A stretch of 64,000 nt of DNA from Eledone cirrhosa (GCA_964016885.1 OZ024746.1:66712001-66776000), one strand, 5' to 3'. Counted from the first letter of the stretch, positions 47,906 through 63,532 are shown. Made by a program: numbers and translations. The notes: generated from the letters alone by a model not told the origin.

Positions 47906-50900
47906 CTAGCAATAATAATCATAAAAGCAATAATAATAACAATAATAACGTGTACGCTATATATTTCATGAAAGGAAAAATAAATGATGTGCATACAACG
48001 AAAATCTCTAGCTATTAAATAGGTTAACATTATGCTTATATATGTATATATAATTATGTGTGTGTACGCGTGCGTCCCCTTGCGTTCTAATGTGCGTGCA
48101 TGTGTGTGTGTTTGTGTTTGCGTGAATGTGTAGCTGTATTTTTAAGCGTGCTACTGTACGCCCCTGTGTTTATACTATATGTCACAATCTATAATACGGT
48201 CTGTATCAGTATCAATGATATATCTATCTTCATCAGTGTTCCTAATTTTTACTTTTAAATATTCGTAACACTTAAAATCAAATTCAGTTGTTAGACACAC
48301 TGTGCATTCGGAGGTCTTTAAATGGGAGTCTTGAACAACAGACACCTGCGAAAAGGCACAACGATTAACGTTTGTATAGCTGTTATAGCAACCATAATTC
48401 TATATGCCTCCATATCATAGGCTAATAACAGCCATGAATAAAATATCCACGACTGCTTCTACCAGTACGGTCTTGGTACCATATAAAGGTATTGACGTTT
48501 AGCTTCTGTCGGCATCAAGCAGACCTACAACAAATGATTTTACAGCAATGATCATGATCATCACACTCATTAAAAAAGAAGTATATGACCAAGCTGTTAA
48601 AATATAGAGACATTACGTATAATTAGATATAATACAACCATTTCCAATATCGGCTGTTGAAAGATCGTGGGAGGTTTGGGTACAATTTCTAGTAGTTTAA
48701 TCGTATATTCAGTTGCTGGCTTAGCTTTACAGCGTGTAAATTATGGAAGATTCGGTAAAACAATAATTGCTTGAGCTATAAATCAGATGTGTATTTCAGA
48801 ATAAATGTATTATATATCTTCTTCAAACGTCCCTTTCATATTCACACAGACTGGTGATAATGCCTGAGAGTGCCGTCAAATTAATTATTAAATTGAGTAG
48901 CAAAACAAAAATATCATGTTCATGTATATAAAACAGCACACAATCCCATTTCAACGTTACTTCAATACATATATTATGAGATTTGCAGTAAAACATTTAC
49001 ATCAATTATATCTCAAACGTGTGTGGTTGTCAGTCCATAAAAGTAACTTAGCTTAGTGATTCGATTCATAACATTTCATATGTAATGATTTGACAAAAGC
49101 ATGAAATAAATATGTTTCATAAAGTTCTAAATCAGTGGTTATAAAAGCAAACGTTTTATCAGTAACAAAAGTGTAAGTTTTGTTTTTTTATCAAGAACAG
49201 CATGAATTTCTGAGTAACCATTTAAAGAGAGTGATAAAACTCAGTCGATCAAAATCGATACGTATGAAGTGCGAAGGAAAATATTTGTGAATCGATGGCG
49301 AAAAAAACTTTAGCTTTTAGCGTTTTTGCTGCTAAATCTTATATTATATAAATATACATAATTTATGTGGTAAAACTTTAGTCGAATACTGTTACTAATG
49401 ATGATTCATTACATTTAAAGTTCATACAAGGCATATATGGCTGTTATGTGCTAATTTTATTTAATAAAGAAAACTACTATATATGTAAATGATGAGATTA
49501 TCTGCAAAAGTTCAAATTAAGGATTTGTCCAGAGTTTATTTTTGTTATTTTTTCCAATAAATAAGAGAATTTTCCAGTGATAATACTAGACAAAATTTGA
49601 TATAGAATCAATAACAAAAATAGTACACTTGCTTTAGTATATTGTATTATATTTTAACAAAATGTTATCACCTGTAATAAATATATTTGATAAAATTATA
49701 TTAATCTAACGTTGATGAGTATGTGTACAATGTTTGTCAAGCGAAATACATCCATCTGCAATTCTTTATTTGAATTTACTTTTGATTCTATAATTCAAGA
49801 AATTTTATTTTGCATATTAGTCGAATAATACTGAACCATGTGTGTTTGGGAACAGTATGAAACTTAAATTATTCAACATACCTCTTATCAAATTTAGTTA
49901 TTATGCTTCTATGTTTACAAAATTAAAAGCAAATTACACTTTAAAAATCGTAGGTTAAGTCACCTTAAGGCAATACTAGCGTGTATTACATTTCCTCTTT
50001 CTATAGGACCCTTAAATGTATCATCACACTCTCTTATTGTCATTCTATTATAACACTGAAGATTCGTACCATTATAAAATCAATATTCAACTTACGTAAT
50101 ATAAATCAATATTTGCTTAAAAATATCACAGCCTATCTAAAAATCAATACCCTATACTTGACAATAAAGTGAAGCACTCCATAATTAATCTTTGACTTGA
50201 AAGAATTCCTTTGCAAATATTGGATTTTAAGTGAGCTAAGATCATGATAGGATGTTAAATGAGATTGAATATAATTCGGTTAATTTTGACCAGTGATGGA
50301 ATTCATAATCACTTCGCAACTCAGTATTGCTTTTTTAACACTATAAAAATATGGAAAGTTTGTTCCTTATGGAAACAAATCAATGTGTAAGTCATCATTT
50401 ATGAAACAATTTTTTATTTTATTAGACAAATATTAGATCGAAATATGTAAAGAATCATTAGACGTAACATTGCTGAAAAGTCACAAGATTCTGGTATACA
50501 TTTTATATTTCGTTAATACACGTGTATTTATGAAAATAATGACAACAAAATTACAGGTACTTATTTACCAACGCTACCCATTATTTAACTTATATTATAT
50601 TTATGGTATTTATAACATATAGATCATATTTAACACAGCTAGGTTAAGAGAATGGGAGTTGTTTTAGAGTGCTGGTTGTGTTGATGTTTATCCCTTCGTC
50701 AATAATCATTTTCTCTATATAGTATTATATATTTAGGAATTAGTTTTGTAATTATATCTCGCACAACATGGATATAGTCACTGATTGAAGGGTTTTAGAC
50801 GTGGATATGATGGATAGATTCAGTTTGCCTCCGTGCAAAGTCGTAGCTATACATGAAAAATATACAAATGTTACGGACATCTATTTTCGTATTTAATCGA

Positions 50901-51761
50901 AATAAGTTTTGGTAAACTTACTTTCAAGGCTGAAAGAATATTGAAATAAACGCCATCCCATATCATTGTTATTTCTACCATAATCTAATATTCCATGTGT
51001 TCAGTCTAGGTACTACACAACGCCGCTCCTCTACACATTTGTTTATGGGCAATGTTTCGTATTTTTATTCTTAATCTTTATGCTCTTACAATTACTCTAA
51101 ATAATAGCTGAACAGTTTTTAGAAGTGCCATTTATTGTATGTTTCTCGTTGGAAATCATAGACATACAGTATAATATAGATGAGCAGTAGTGCAATTGCT
51201 CATAATCTCTGATCTCAGCAATGAGGAGCGGTAAACACCAGTCCAGGGTGATCATATGGACAATTAGTTTGTATGCCTAGTAATTGTCTTTCCACTTTAA
51301 TAAATGAATGCATATATAATGCAAAGGTTACAATGAATACAGTCCAACCCAAATCAGTCATACGGTGAACATTCTCAGCAACATTTCCATCGCCTTTCAT
51401 TATCCATTCAAGAACAAACTCTTTCTTTGTCTTCGATGCAAGCAATGAATACTCATCGTTTGTAATATTAATCTATTCTACATATATTCTCATGAAGTGA
51501 TGTGAAAACATTTAACCAACATCTTTAAATGCCATCGCGGTTAGGGGCGTCCAATTGGAAGTCACTCTTGTTACAGAATGTTATCATCTACTTTGTTGTA
51601 TAATCTTTCTACTTCTTTATTTGATTTCATCCCTGTATATTAACATTAAGTTTCAATATTGTGTCTGTTCTTCGTTCCAATTTTGTTTCCAAAAAAGTTT
51701 AATTTTTCAACATCAGCTGTCACGTGCTCTTGAATTTTTCATTCCATGTAAAAGTGTAAAG

Positions 51762-52000
51762 AACCCTTAGATCACGAATAACCATAGAATGTTCGCCTGG
51801 AATGTTTCCCTTCGAAGCACATGCCCGAGCAAGTTTTTCTCTTGTGGAAGATCAGTAGTCGCCCATACACAGCAGTTTCCCCTCATCATGCTAACAACCT
51901 CATGCAATGGAAAGATAATAGCCGATCCAGATTGGCACTAGTACCGTCGCAAACTTTCTTCAGCTGCTTGAATTGTAGCAAGGTGAAATAACCTTTTATG
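51762..52000 (-). mobile_element. Decayed SINE with CORE-like and Ceph/RTE-5'UTR-like domain
   Basis: Minus strand TATTTCACCTTGCT..CAGCTG..TGCGAC..AGTGCCAATCTGGATCGGC..GAGGGGAAAC..TGGGCGACTACTGATCTTCCA..TTCCAGGCG; recalled resemblance to the Ceph domain, not checked by alignment. Confidence 0.55.
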
Positions 52001-52199
52001 TGTCATATTTCATACACATTGAAATCAAAGTTTGTATCTATTATGTTGTTATTTGTTCGTATCCTTTTGACCAAAATATGTTGATCCCACTTTACAACAG
52101 TTGTTAGGAAACATATTAAGGACATTCCAATCATACAAAATCAAGAGATCAAGAGATCATACGAAAACACACGTTAGCGGTCTTATATAGAAAGGAGCT

Positions 52200-52880
52200 C
52201 TTACCACCTGAATGCTATATTTTCATTCTAAACTAGGATGAATTCGCATGTTTCCTTTAGTATTTCAGCTTACAATGTTTTTTGTTCAATAGATTTACGT
52301 CAACTTGTAGATTTACGTCAATAATTTTACATTCCTTTCCATTCACCTCTTCTGCCACGGTTCGTACTCCTCGATCTTTATTGTGCAGCCTTTAAAACCT
52401 AATTCATTCGCCACATATAAAAGCACTGCTTTAAAGGGGTTATTGATTTCGGATATATTGGATATGCTTATATGGTAGATAAATCGATTTACATTTTTGG
52501 TTAGCTCTTCCAGTTTAATCCTATCGGGTTTCTGAGTTGCGTCTTCTCGGCAACGGAACGTTGTTTCCTTTTCCATAGTTGGAACAATATTCCTTATTAT
52601 TTCTTAGGCTTCTTTCCTGGAATGTGTATGGTTATTTAACATATTGTTCGTCCTCCTGACACTTCCGGCTCAGACTCTAACTGCTTATTACCCTGAGGTT
52701 ATCCACTATTTCATTCCCCTTCACCTCTATATTCATTTACACCTTCTGGTAATATTTTTGAAAGATTTTTCCTTATTACTTCCATTTTTAATTCAGTAAG
52801 TTATCCAAGTTTTCTTCTTATCCATGGCTTGGCTACGTATAATTTGTTCGCTATCTTATTCTCTGTACATTCGGTGTCTA
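52200..52880 (-). mobile_element. Highly decayed R4/Dong-type N-terminal fragment
   Basis: ORF 52343-52576 (DR.KL...TK.VN..I..I...NISE.NN...A....VA..LG...EPW.KR) parallels the Dong region at 5330-5500. Confidence 0.6.
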
Positions 52881-52902
52881 TGAATCGTATTGCTATTATC
52901 TA

Positions 52903-53074
52903 ATCGGTAGAGGGTCGGACGCCATGCTTTCCAGCATAGTTACGTCCCTTTACGGTCTGAGTTCAAATCCCGTCGAGGTTAACTTTGCCTTTCATCCTTA
53001 CCGGGTCGATAAAATAAAGTACCAGTAATGAACTGGGTAATTGCTGGCCTTGTGCCAAAAGTAGAAACAATTAT
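52903..53074 (+). mobile_element. SINE family S, 10-bp TSD
   Basis: TSD ATTATCTAAT at 52895-52904 and 53070-53079. Confidence 0.88.
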
Positions 53075-53506
53075 CTAATTATTCAATTGCTTTTATAGTA
53101 AACTTACTTGAAATTATTGGCTACTTTATTATTTCATCTACGTTTCAAATGATTGTTAGCATTTGCATTTAAACATCAGTAACTATCACTTCTTTCCCTC
53201 ACAAAGTGTATTGTGGGGAAACGTAAGTCATTTGAACTGCCACATGTCAAATTAGTTGATGTTGGAATCAGCCCTACCCTACGATCTTCAGTGTTTCTGT
53301 AAAATTTCTTATTTAGGTGTAGGAGATTGCGTGGTGCTAAGTTTTTCCTTTGTAGGACCAATATGAACGACGTGGAGATATCTTTTCTGAAATTAGTCTG
53401 ATTACGAAGAAAACAACAAAATGTTTTCACATTACTTTAACCTTTTACAGCAAGGGTTATAAATTTATAGATATTATATTCTGGGGATATCTTATTTCTC
53501 ATTCTT

Positions 53507-53542
53507 TCTTCTGATGAAGGATTAGTGTCCGAAACGTTAAGA
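53507..53542 (+). ncRNA. Type I minimal hammerhead motif (GAAACGTT type)
   Basis: TCTT-CTGATGA-A GGA TTAGTG TCC-GAAA-CG-TT-AAGA; stem III reduced to the ACGT palindrome. Confidence 0.7.
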
Positions 53543-53632
53543 CACTCTTCCTGCTATTTCAAGCGTTAACCTAATATATTCCTTCTATATACTGTACCGA
53601 TTGTGTTACTATTTCTGTTTACCTTATATATA

Positions 53633-53730
<98 letters not shown>

Positions 53731-54136
53731 TGTGTGTGCAGATTATTGCATTATCCATGGTTTCATAGACATGAAACAATGGTAGTAGTATGGTGTACCC
53801 TACAATCGAAGACACAATTCTAAGCTGATCATTTTATTTATTTCAATTATATCACACAGACAGTTATTTGGTACCAATATACTGAACATTCAATGACAAG
53901 ATCTCCAAAAATATCTAATTCAGAGAATTAGATGAATATCGTTTTTTTCTCTTTTTCACTCATACTTCGAAATAAAGCCTCTGATCAAAGAATACTCTTC
54001 CCACATTGCTTGCCTTAAATCATAAAAACGGCCAATATGTTTTGTTCATTCTAGAAAGAACAGATAGGGACTAGATGCGAGCGAAGATCTCTTATATTAA
54101 TATACTCAATGTTAAAAACGGTGGTAAACAGCAAGT

Positions 54137-54228
54137 CAAGTGATAGATCAGTTGGTAGAGCGTAGCACTGTAGTTTGTTATATTAAGCTATCATCATTAG
54201 GTCGATCGTTCGAATCCGTTTCACGAGA
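54137..54228 (+). pseudogene. tRNA-Tyr(GTA) pseudogene retaining a ~19-nt intron
   Basis: TAGATCAGTTGGTAGAGCG..CTGTAG [intron 54174-54192] ATCATTAGGTCG..GTTCGAATCCG..TCACGAGA; anticodon at 54170-54172; mismatches in several stems. Confidence 0.8.
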
Positions 54229-57200
54229 TTAATGTAGATAGATAAGTAAGTAGATAGATAGAGGGTTAAATATACAGAAAGAAGAACGGACAGAAATATT
54301 CATACTTTTTACATAAATAGTACATAAAAGTTTGTGTAAACAGAGGTAGTACTGACGTATATAGAATATTATGTGGATTGTATCGCAATAGGCAGATTAT
54401 CCATAGAAATATTTCACCATTTTTTGTAATAACATATTTAATTAAATACGTTAAATTAGAAATACTTCATAAATCCATTCATCTTGCCAATATAAATTCT
54501 CATGTCAAAGAATTATTAGAAAGCTACAAAAGAGAAGGTCATTTGGGAAATGCAGGCGTCAAACTAATATGATTTGCTGGATGAATTAGAATACTTTTTT
54601 TGTACAATAAACGGAGTTGTGGAAAAAGGCAGTAATGAAAGAGCAAATGTATTTTTAATATAAAAGCCTTGACACCCTTCATAATATAACATGCGTAGTT
54701 AAATCGAATAACATGACGGAAAGAATTAATACAAATGTCAATGGTTTTCTTAGTTGCTTAGATTCAGGTTAGCCCTGACCTTGGAAATATGCATAAATGA
54801 ATCCCAGCCACAACAATATCGTCAATATATTCCATGAAATGTGCACCTGAGAGTTCCATCTTCAACTTTAACGTTCGAAGGGAAGTATTTAAATGTGTAT
54901 TTCCTCATTTGAGCAATTCCAGAAGAGCAGCCTCATTGATACGAAAAACTAAATTTTGAAGATGACCCTTTAATTGTTATCTAAATTTAATAACATAATA
55001 TATCCACAATTTCTACACTTATTTATGTTTAATTATAATCATGTTATATCAAACTATTGCGGGGCAATGTAATATTGCAGTTATTCTCGACTGTTATGCA
55101 TGCAAACGAGAAAGGACCGTCGGATATTCGTTCGCGCCTATGATATATTATGGATACAGTAAAAGTTGAGGAGAATAGTGATTGCCAGGTTATAAAAATA
55201 TTCTTCACTGTCAATCTTCGCTCTTAGGTTGAGAAACAGAGCCTTGAGAGCCGCGATGCAATGAGTAGAAAAGGGATTAGATACCAATTATAAACGGCCA
55301 TATTGCAATATGCAGCAGTAACTTTGTGCTCCATTGCTTTCGGTTTCAGAACAATAGCTTTCCTCCACCAAATCGGGATCCAGTCATTACACCAGAGAAA
55401 TTGACAGCCAGATATGTGGTGGAGGATTCCTTGGGTATTGTTGACCATTCTTCGTAAACAAACTTTTCGAATACTTGAGATGTGCTGTTCAATCGAAAGT
55501 GTAGAGTTAGTTTATTGTTTTTAGCTTTGTTTTACCGTCACATTGTAAATTTTTAATAAATTTAAACTGATGAAAATCTAATGAAAAAATAAAACTTTAA
55601 ATTTAAATATATGTGTTGGTTAATGAGACAAACAGACGTGTAAGGTTTTAGGAAATGCCCCTCATCTTAGAAAGGTTTCAAATTCACTAACGTGGCTGTT
55701 TATATAGATTGGAAGTAAATAAGTTAATTAACAAATATATTAAGAGGTGGGTATCCATGCAAAACCTTTTTAAAGTTTGAAAAATCAAACTGAGAATAAA
55801 ATTAACACGAATGAATGATAGTGACGTGTATGCAGCATTGGAATTAGGTCAATACAGCTACATTAGTATCCAGTGTATAATTGTTCTTTTGCACCACTAA
55901 TTAGCTACATTTCTTTTAAAGTTACACGATATGGATTAAGTAGTAGAGATTTAGGGCTGTATGAAATATGATGAGACAATGGATAAGAGCAGTACAGAAT
56001 ACATACACATCTGGCTAATCAAATACATAGCTCAGGGATTATCCAATTGAAATAGGGTTCAAGAGATCAAGGTCAAATTCAACTAAATCGGTGTGATGTT
56101 TTGAGTAAATTTGAAATGGCTTTGCAATGTGTGACCTTTTGAATTGAAATACCGAACTAGAAGTTTGGGGAGTGGCTAATTGTTGTTAAACATATCTAAA
56201 TGATGTTCGATGGCGCGATTACTTTCGTGATGTTCGTAAGTCGCACATATGGAGATATGTAGAGTTTACGATTGTTATAGCCATTAAGCATAATGGTGAT
56301 ACAGGCAAAGTGGTAGGAGATTTGGAATAAATTGTTGAGATGAAATTACAAATGTAACATCTGTCGTGCATGCTTTTTAAGGAAACGGGCGCAGAATATA
56401 ACCCTCGTTCTGGCGAGGAAGGTTTGATTTGTATTTATCGAGAGACACTGCGTTGTAATATATGCCTGTATTTAGAGTGTCAGAATATAGATTTTGGAAG
56501 TTGAAACGGCTAATCAGTGGAAGTATAAAAACTGACATGTAAAATATATTTGAAAAACAGGTATGAATAGATGTAAATGTATTAGCATGGTGGATATGTT
56601 AGAGGTGATATCACCAAGCTCATTTGTTAAAAGAATAGAATATGAATCAAATGATTTTGGTTGCAGTAACTTCTTTCAGCTGTGTATTTAATATTTTTAC
56701 GGATGATCATGTTATCTTTCCGTAGGCCAAGGTTATTGCACAACTGTAATAGTCGGACTCGATTATTGTTAACTTTCCAATACTGAAGCGCCTTAAGTGA
56801 GACGACATGTTACAATCACGACCCAGTCTGGTGCTAAAGTGAGCTGAGATAATGATATTTCACAAGTCAGGAAAGAGAGAATGACATTTATGAGGTTTTA
56901 CTCGAAAGGAGAAAATGACTCCTTTGGTGAATAAAAAGTAGTAGCAGCAGATATAAAATACGCATAACACTCGCAAACTGGTACTAATCGAATATTCATA
57001 ATTCAGTCTCATACCTTGGATGGTAGCTCACCCAGTATTTCAGCTAAATGTTTCTTGACCGCAATACAAACAATCCCGTAGGTTGTTTATTCAACCTAAC
57101 ATATACTATATCCCCATAATATTTCAGCAGATAAAACTCTCTCTTAAAGAGCAGTAATATCAATGTTATATCGGTCAAGCCCTGCCGCAATGAAATCATT

Positions 57201-57899
57201 TCGGTGGTACTCAGGCGTACTAGAATGTTTCATAGAATATGATCCAAGGGTTCCATCAACACATCCCATAGTTATACATTTTGATTGTTTACGTTTTAGA
57301 TATAGATATTTTTGTTAAGGTGATCAGCCAGCAGTCTTGCTAAATCAACAAGCTTTAAAGGAAAACAATCTTTCGGACCGGCGATATATGATATTGCAGG
57401 GCTGCATACAATATGCAAAGAAATGCTCAAAGAATGATCTAGCGACATACCTGAAACCTGCGAACCTTTGAGGGTCAGGTGGTACAATTAATTACATAAG
57501 ATATGGCTGAACCATGCTTTCAAATGTCAGTACAATCTACCAAGAAAAGGTACATTTAAAGTGCACAACACAAGACCTTCTGTAGAATATAGAGACCTTC
57601 AGTTGCATCAGCCGCACTTGGTCACAGTGGTCTTGTATGTGTAAATGTATGCAGATCTGCAAATGGGATGCTAGTCGTATGCACTAAGATGCAACCCCAA
57701 TTCCTGATTTACTTGTCCAAATTCTTGCCACATCTGCCATGTAAAACTTAAGAAAGTTTGAAAGAGAGTTAATCTAAGATCCCAGAAAATCAAACGTCTG
57801 ATATAGGTTGACGACTGCAAGGAGAAACTGGTTTAGCTTGGATATGACTCAACGACGCATTACATGCATATACACGACCTTACAAAACCACATACATGG

Positions 57900-57990
57900 A
57901 CACATATACATACATACATACATACATACATACATACATACATACATACATACATACATACATACATACATACATACATACATACACAAA
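57900..57990. repeat. (TACA)n microsatellite
   Basis: Direct inspection. Confidence 0.95.
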
Positions 57991-59311
57991 GATATACGTA
58001 CATATATATACACACACATATGTGTGTCTGTTTACGTACGTTTGTGTGTGTGTCAGTGTTTGCGTATTAATTTCATTAACGGTTGCGTACACTTAAGTGA
58101 ATAAAAATAGTTAAAGCCTATATCGCAGCAGCATAAAATAGACATTAAGACAAAAGTGGCCATCAATCTTTCTCAATACACTATGATTCGACCTGAATCT
58201 AAATAGACGTATACTTCACTCTAAAACATTGCTTTGTGTCTAGACATAATGATAACATAAAAAGCCTTGAAAACACAACTAGATTTTTTCTTTGATTTTA
58301 CTTTTTTGTTTAGTATATTTCTGTCCTTTGATCAAAGTCAATATGCTTGCTTTCACACGTTATCCTATATAGACTTATAATCAACTCTGGCAGTCATTCT
58401 AAAAATAGAGGATAGTTGTGCTTTGGCAATCTGTCAGTCTTCATCAATAGCGCTTTAATTCAACTGACCATCTGTCTGTCATAGCCTAAATATCTACACA
58501 AGATAGAGGCACTCAAATTGGCTATTCGTTTGACAAATAGAATGAAGACAAGGAGAATAATAACATCAAAAATCGGAAATGTATTCTAGCGAATGATGTT
58601 GCAGTAGTGGTGGGAATTAATTGTTTTATTGTTATTGAAAGATCTCCGAGAAAATTGCAGCATATATATCGTTTCTGTAATGTGCACTCAACGATATTAT
58701 CTGAGTTACTTTCCATTGTCTGGGAAAATATGTTGAATACTTAGAATCTGTTTACAGGCATGTGTCGTTCTATATTCCTACTGTTCGTTTCTATCATAGA
58801 GATATTTCAACTCATTGGAATATATATATTCACCATAAATAATCGCTGAATTCCAAATCCAAGTACATTATTGTGTTAACAACCCTTGCATAAGCATACA
58901 CCACCTAAATACACCATTCAAAGAGGGAAAAAATGTACCTATTTAGATATTTAATGCTATATTTTAAACGTACATACGTACATAAACATTCATGTATTTA
59001 CAAAGAATATCAGATGTTCTAAATGTAAATGTATATGAGTTGGGGGAAATTATGTATAAATGAATTCTGTATGAACGTCTGCGTATTAGGCATGTAAGAA
59101 CGCGTATGTAAATAGCTGAATATCAGTTTAAAGTTAGATAAGGTGTAAGATAGATAAATTGATAGATAGATAGATAGATAGATAGATAGTTAGATTGATA
59201 GGTAGGTAGAGGACAGTGAGGGAGGGTGTGAGAAAACAGGCAAAGTGACAATGAATGAAAAGGTTGGTTACAGAGAGAAAACATAGACTGTGGCACTCTA
59301 ATAGAGAATAA

Positions 59312-59319
59312 ACACACAC

Positions 59320-59373
<54 letters not shown>

Positions 59374-59445
59374 ACACACGCACGCATACATACATACATA
59401 CATACATACATACATACATACATACATACATACATACATACATAC
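59312..59445. repeat. (CA)n(TACA)n microsatellite
   Basis: Direct inspection. Confidence 0.95.
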
Positions 59446-60506
59446 TGGATGTATTTTATTATAGTGTCAGCACTACCCCTTTACAAAGAGTACTAGATTA
59501 GGAATAACATCAAACAATACTGATGGGTCGTCACCATCTATACACCAGAATTGTATTTGCCTTTGTTGACTGGAATTGTGACGACTGGTGTGTCTACGCG
59601 TGCGTGTGTTTGATTGTGTATTTGTGTGTGTTTGTGTTTCGATATTTGTATGTCTATTTTTCTATTTTTCTGTGCCAATTTCTCCGTGTTTTTGGGGTTT
59701 TTTTTTTCATATTGCCTTTTTTATGTCCTGTAAATTACTGGTACATGAATTATAGTATGCATTTATGAGAATCATTATCATCGCCACATAGTGGGGGGAA
59801 AGGTAATATATATTTTAGCTTGCAGAATATATTGCTCACTTTATATGAAGGATGTGGTAGTGAGGGTTAGATACATTCGCCCCGGCCGTTTTTCTTTGTC
59901 AAGTCCAATAGCTATCTATTAAAAGGTTTCATTATTTTTTTTTAAATGCTCATTTACATTTTACCTACGTGTAGAAAGATCAATGAATAGTGTTAAAATA
60001 ACTAATTAGAAATACATAAAATAATAATGATTCATGCCATTATTTAAAAGAATACAAATAAAAGAAAATATTTAAATAAGTAAGATAAAATAAACTTAAC
60101 TATATGTATTTGTAATAGTATGCAGAATAATAAAATGTTCTTCGTTGGAAATAGTAAAAAATATATATCAACAGGAGTATATTTCTATTATCACTTTCAG
60201 TTGTAATACCTATTATTTGTGCATTCTATGTCTGCGATCAATAGAACAATATAAACTATGACATGACAGAATACGTACATAGAATGACTGGTGAAATTTC
60301 AAAATAGCATATGATCTGCTTTATACATGCCATTACGTCACGTACACATATAAATGAATATTCAGTGAGAAACAGCATGTATCTCGCTTGTTACATAAAT
60401 ATAATTTGAATATAAATTACATAAAGGAACACTCACAGCCAGATGTTCATCTGTGCATTCTCACTATTTCTTTACATAGACAGACCACCCCATCCGCACA
60501 TTATAC

Positions 60507-60922
<416 letters not shown>

Positions 60923-62429
60923 CATATACATACATATATACATAAATACACACAGACACACACCTATATATATATATAGTTCAAATTTTAAAAAAACAAA
61001 CAGCGATACGATTGCACAAATTTTATTGGTTTCATATTTGGTAGAAAAGGAATGTTTCAAATTTGCGGGGGTTAGACTTTCATCAAGAGGATTAGAGTTA
61101 CAAGAAAGAGGAAGCTTGACATTGACAGTATCATTTTATAGTGAATAATTATCATTCCATTGCTATGTACTTCAATTTCGTCTCTAATCGTCCATATCTA
61201 TTAGCCAAACAATATCATTCACAGGAAATACATCCATTTCTCACACAAATTTCATTGAGATTATCACCATTCCATCACCCAAGGCGTGACGTAATTTGAA
61301 CGTGACATGAATTGATTTTGTAACTGATCTAGACAAGACGTGGAGTTCCACACCACATTGACTGATATGAGTGAACAAAAGCAAGCAACAACAGAAATAG
61401 CAAATGCACGACATATGCTTATATGGATGAATGTGTCCATTTTGGTACGTATGTATGTATATAAGCTTGTTTTCAGGAATACATAAGATTTGCATTCTTA
61501 TAGTTTTACATCGTAATAATCGGTAATTACCGTCTGTTGCGTAGTTGTGGTCAATCACCAGCAAAAGTACACATATAAAAAAGATCAGTATTGAAAATAT
61601 TTTAATTATTGATTAAAAAATTAGAGACCAATTCATTTAAACCTATTTACATTCTTCTATACTAACATGGTATGGCTGCCTTTCTTTCACACCCATTTAT
61701 AGAGTTCATATATATAAAATGTTAGTTAAGTTTTCTAGAAATGTTTACAGTAGCTGACTTAAGGAGCATTAGCAGGATATGGAAGACAAGTAAAATTTCA
61801 TTTGTGTAGGTAAACATCAAGTAATTTTTATATGTATCTGTATGCGTGTATCGTAATTGTTTTATACTTCTTTTGAAACACTCACAAATTCCGTACTTAT
61901 ATTCTTATATTTGTTTCATATATTTATGTGATCTGCGTTATCATATGTATCGCGTTTAACTATATATACATTTGATTTTGTGTTTTTTTTTCTGCATTAT
62001 TGACCTCAGGTATATATGCTATTCTTCTATTTATGCATGTATGTATTTAAGCTCCTTTTCAGCCCCTTAATATATTATAATTGTGTAAGTCAACAAAATT
62101 CGTGTGTAAAACACGACCAATGATCATATTCATGGACACAGCTGTGACAGAAATCTAATGGTGTAACATTATGTCTATGATTTAGAGCTATATTACTGGT
62201 ATTTAACGCGCTATTACTGCATTTAGGACATTAGTATTATATTTAGAATACTAATACGGCTATATAGAGCAGTGCTACTGTATTCTGTTTCAACAGATTC
62301 TGACACGACCGACAGAATACACTATAATCTGGAAAGTTTCGTTTCACATAGATTTTATGGTATTATATTTGTTTCTAAAATTCGGATGAAAAACATCATT
62401 TAACCAAATGAAAAATATTATTAAAAAAT

Positions 62430-62588
62430 GCGGTGGATTGGCAGTATCGGTAGAGGGTCGGACGCCATGCTTTCCAGAATAGTTACGTCCCTTTACGATC
62501 TGAGTTGAAATCCCACCGAGGTTGACTTTGCCTTTCATCCTTATGGGGTCGATAAAATAAAGTACCACTAAAGTAAAAACAATTATTA
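62430..62588 (+). mobile_element. SINE family S (3' internal deletion), 10-bp TSD
   Basis: TSD ATTATTAAAA at 62417-62426 and 62582-62591. Confidence 0.85.
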
Positions 62589-62636
62589 AAATTTACATGG
62601 GTATTGAACACTCATTGTTGCATCTATCAACATCAC

Positions 62637-62672
<36 letters not shown>

Positions 62673-63024
62673 GTACATGGATACGTACATACGTTCGTAC
62701 GTACGTGCATGCGTGCGGTCGTGCTAGCGTCCGTGCAGTTTTAAAACTGATAACCACAGACATACAATAATAATAGTCATATAAGCTTCATGCTTAAAAG
62801 AAAAGAAAAGGAAATGTCCACCTATCAGACGTTAGTCTTCCATCAGGAGTAGAGGAAACAAAATATGAGGTTCATAGAAGATTATACAAATGGGTGTATA
62901 TAAGAGTTTGTATGATTTGGTGGAGAACTGCATGCATTCTTTGCGATTTTACATAGGTGTGTCTGGGTGTACAAACATCGTATTTATATGGGTTTAGTCC
63001 GGGAGTGTTACAGATATATATATA

Positions 63025-63221
63025 ATGTGCCCAGTCAACACGATAAATGTGTTTGGTATTAGGAAGGGCATCCAACAGTCGAAAACCTGCCAGATAGTTC
63101 TATACGGGAGAGACACGTCATCCAACCAATCTTGCCTCAAGTGGGACAACTCCCGTCTAACCCATGCTAGCGTTGAAGATAGACGTTAAACGATGATGAT
63201 GACGATGATGATGATGATGAT
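63025..63221 (+). mobile_element. SINE/LINE 3' end with (GAT)n tail
   Basis: AGGAAGGGCATCC...AACCCATGCTAGC..GACGTTAAACGATGATGATG, recalled as a common cephalopod retroposon tail. Confidence 0.6.
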
Positions 63222-63391
63222 TTAAAAGAAACACAACCATGACTGACATCCAATGTTTGAATTTTGATAAAATTATACATTTTATTCTAATCAACAGCTA
63301 GAAGAAAACTATATTGCATGTAACTATATTGCATGTATAATAAAACTATATTGCATGTATAATAAAACATTCCACGCATTATTTTACATAT

Positions 63392-63530
63392 ATAGTTACG
63401 TCCCTTTACGGTTTGAGTTCAAATCCCGTCGAGGTTAACTTTGCCTTTCATCCTTACGTGGTCGATAAAATAAAGTACCAGTAATGTACTGGGTAATTGC
63501 TGGCCTTGTGCCTAAAGTAGAAACAATTAT
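63392..63530 (+). mobile_element. SINE family S, 5'-truncated, 15-bp TSD
   Basis: TSD ATTATTTTACATATA at 63378-63392 and 63526-63540. Confidence 0.88.
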
Positions 63531-63532
63531 TT

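Noticed and set aside
51215-51445. 76-aa minus-strand ORF as a host exon
   Set aside because: No recognisable domain or convincing splice context
55200-55450. Polypyrimidine-AG acceptor and short ORFs as a host exon
   Set aside because: The plus-strand frames checked close quickly; no homology recognised
61045-62855. Degenerate hammerhead-like remnants at ~61050-61095 and ~62815-62855 (minus)
   Set aside because: Core nucleotides are mutated and stem I does not close
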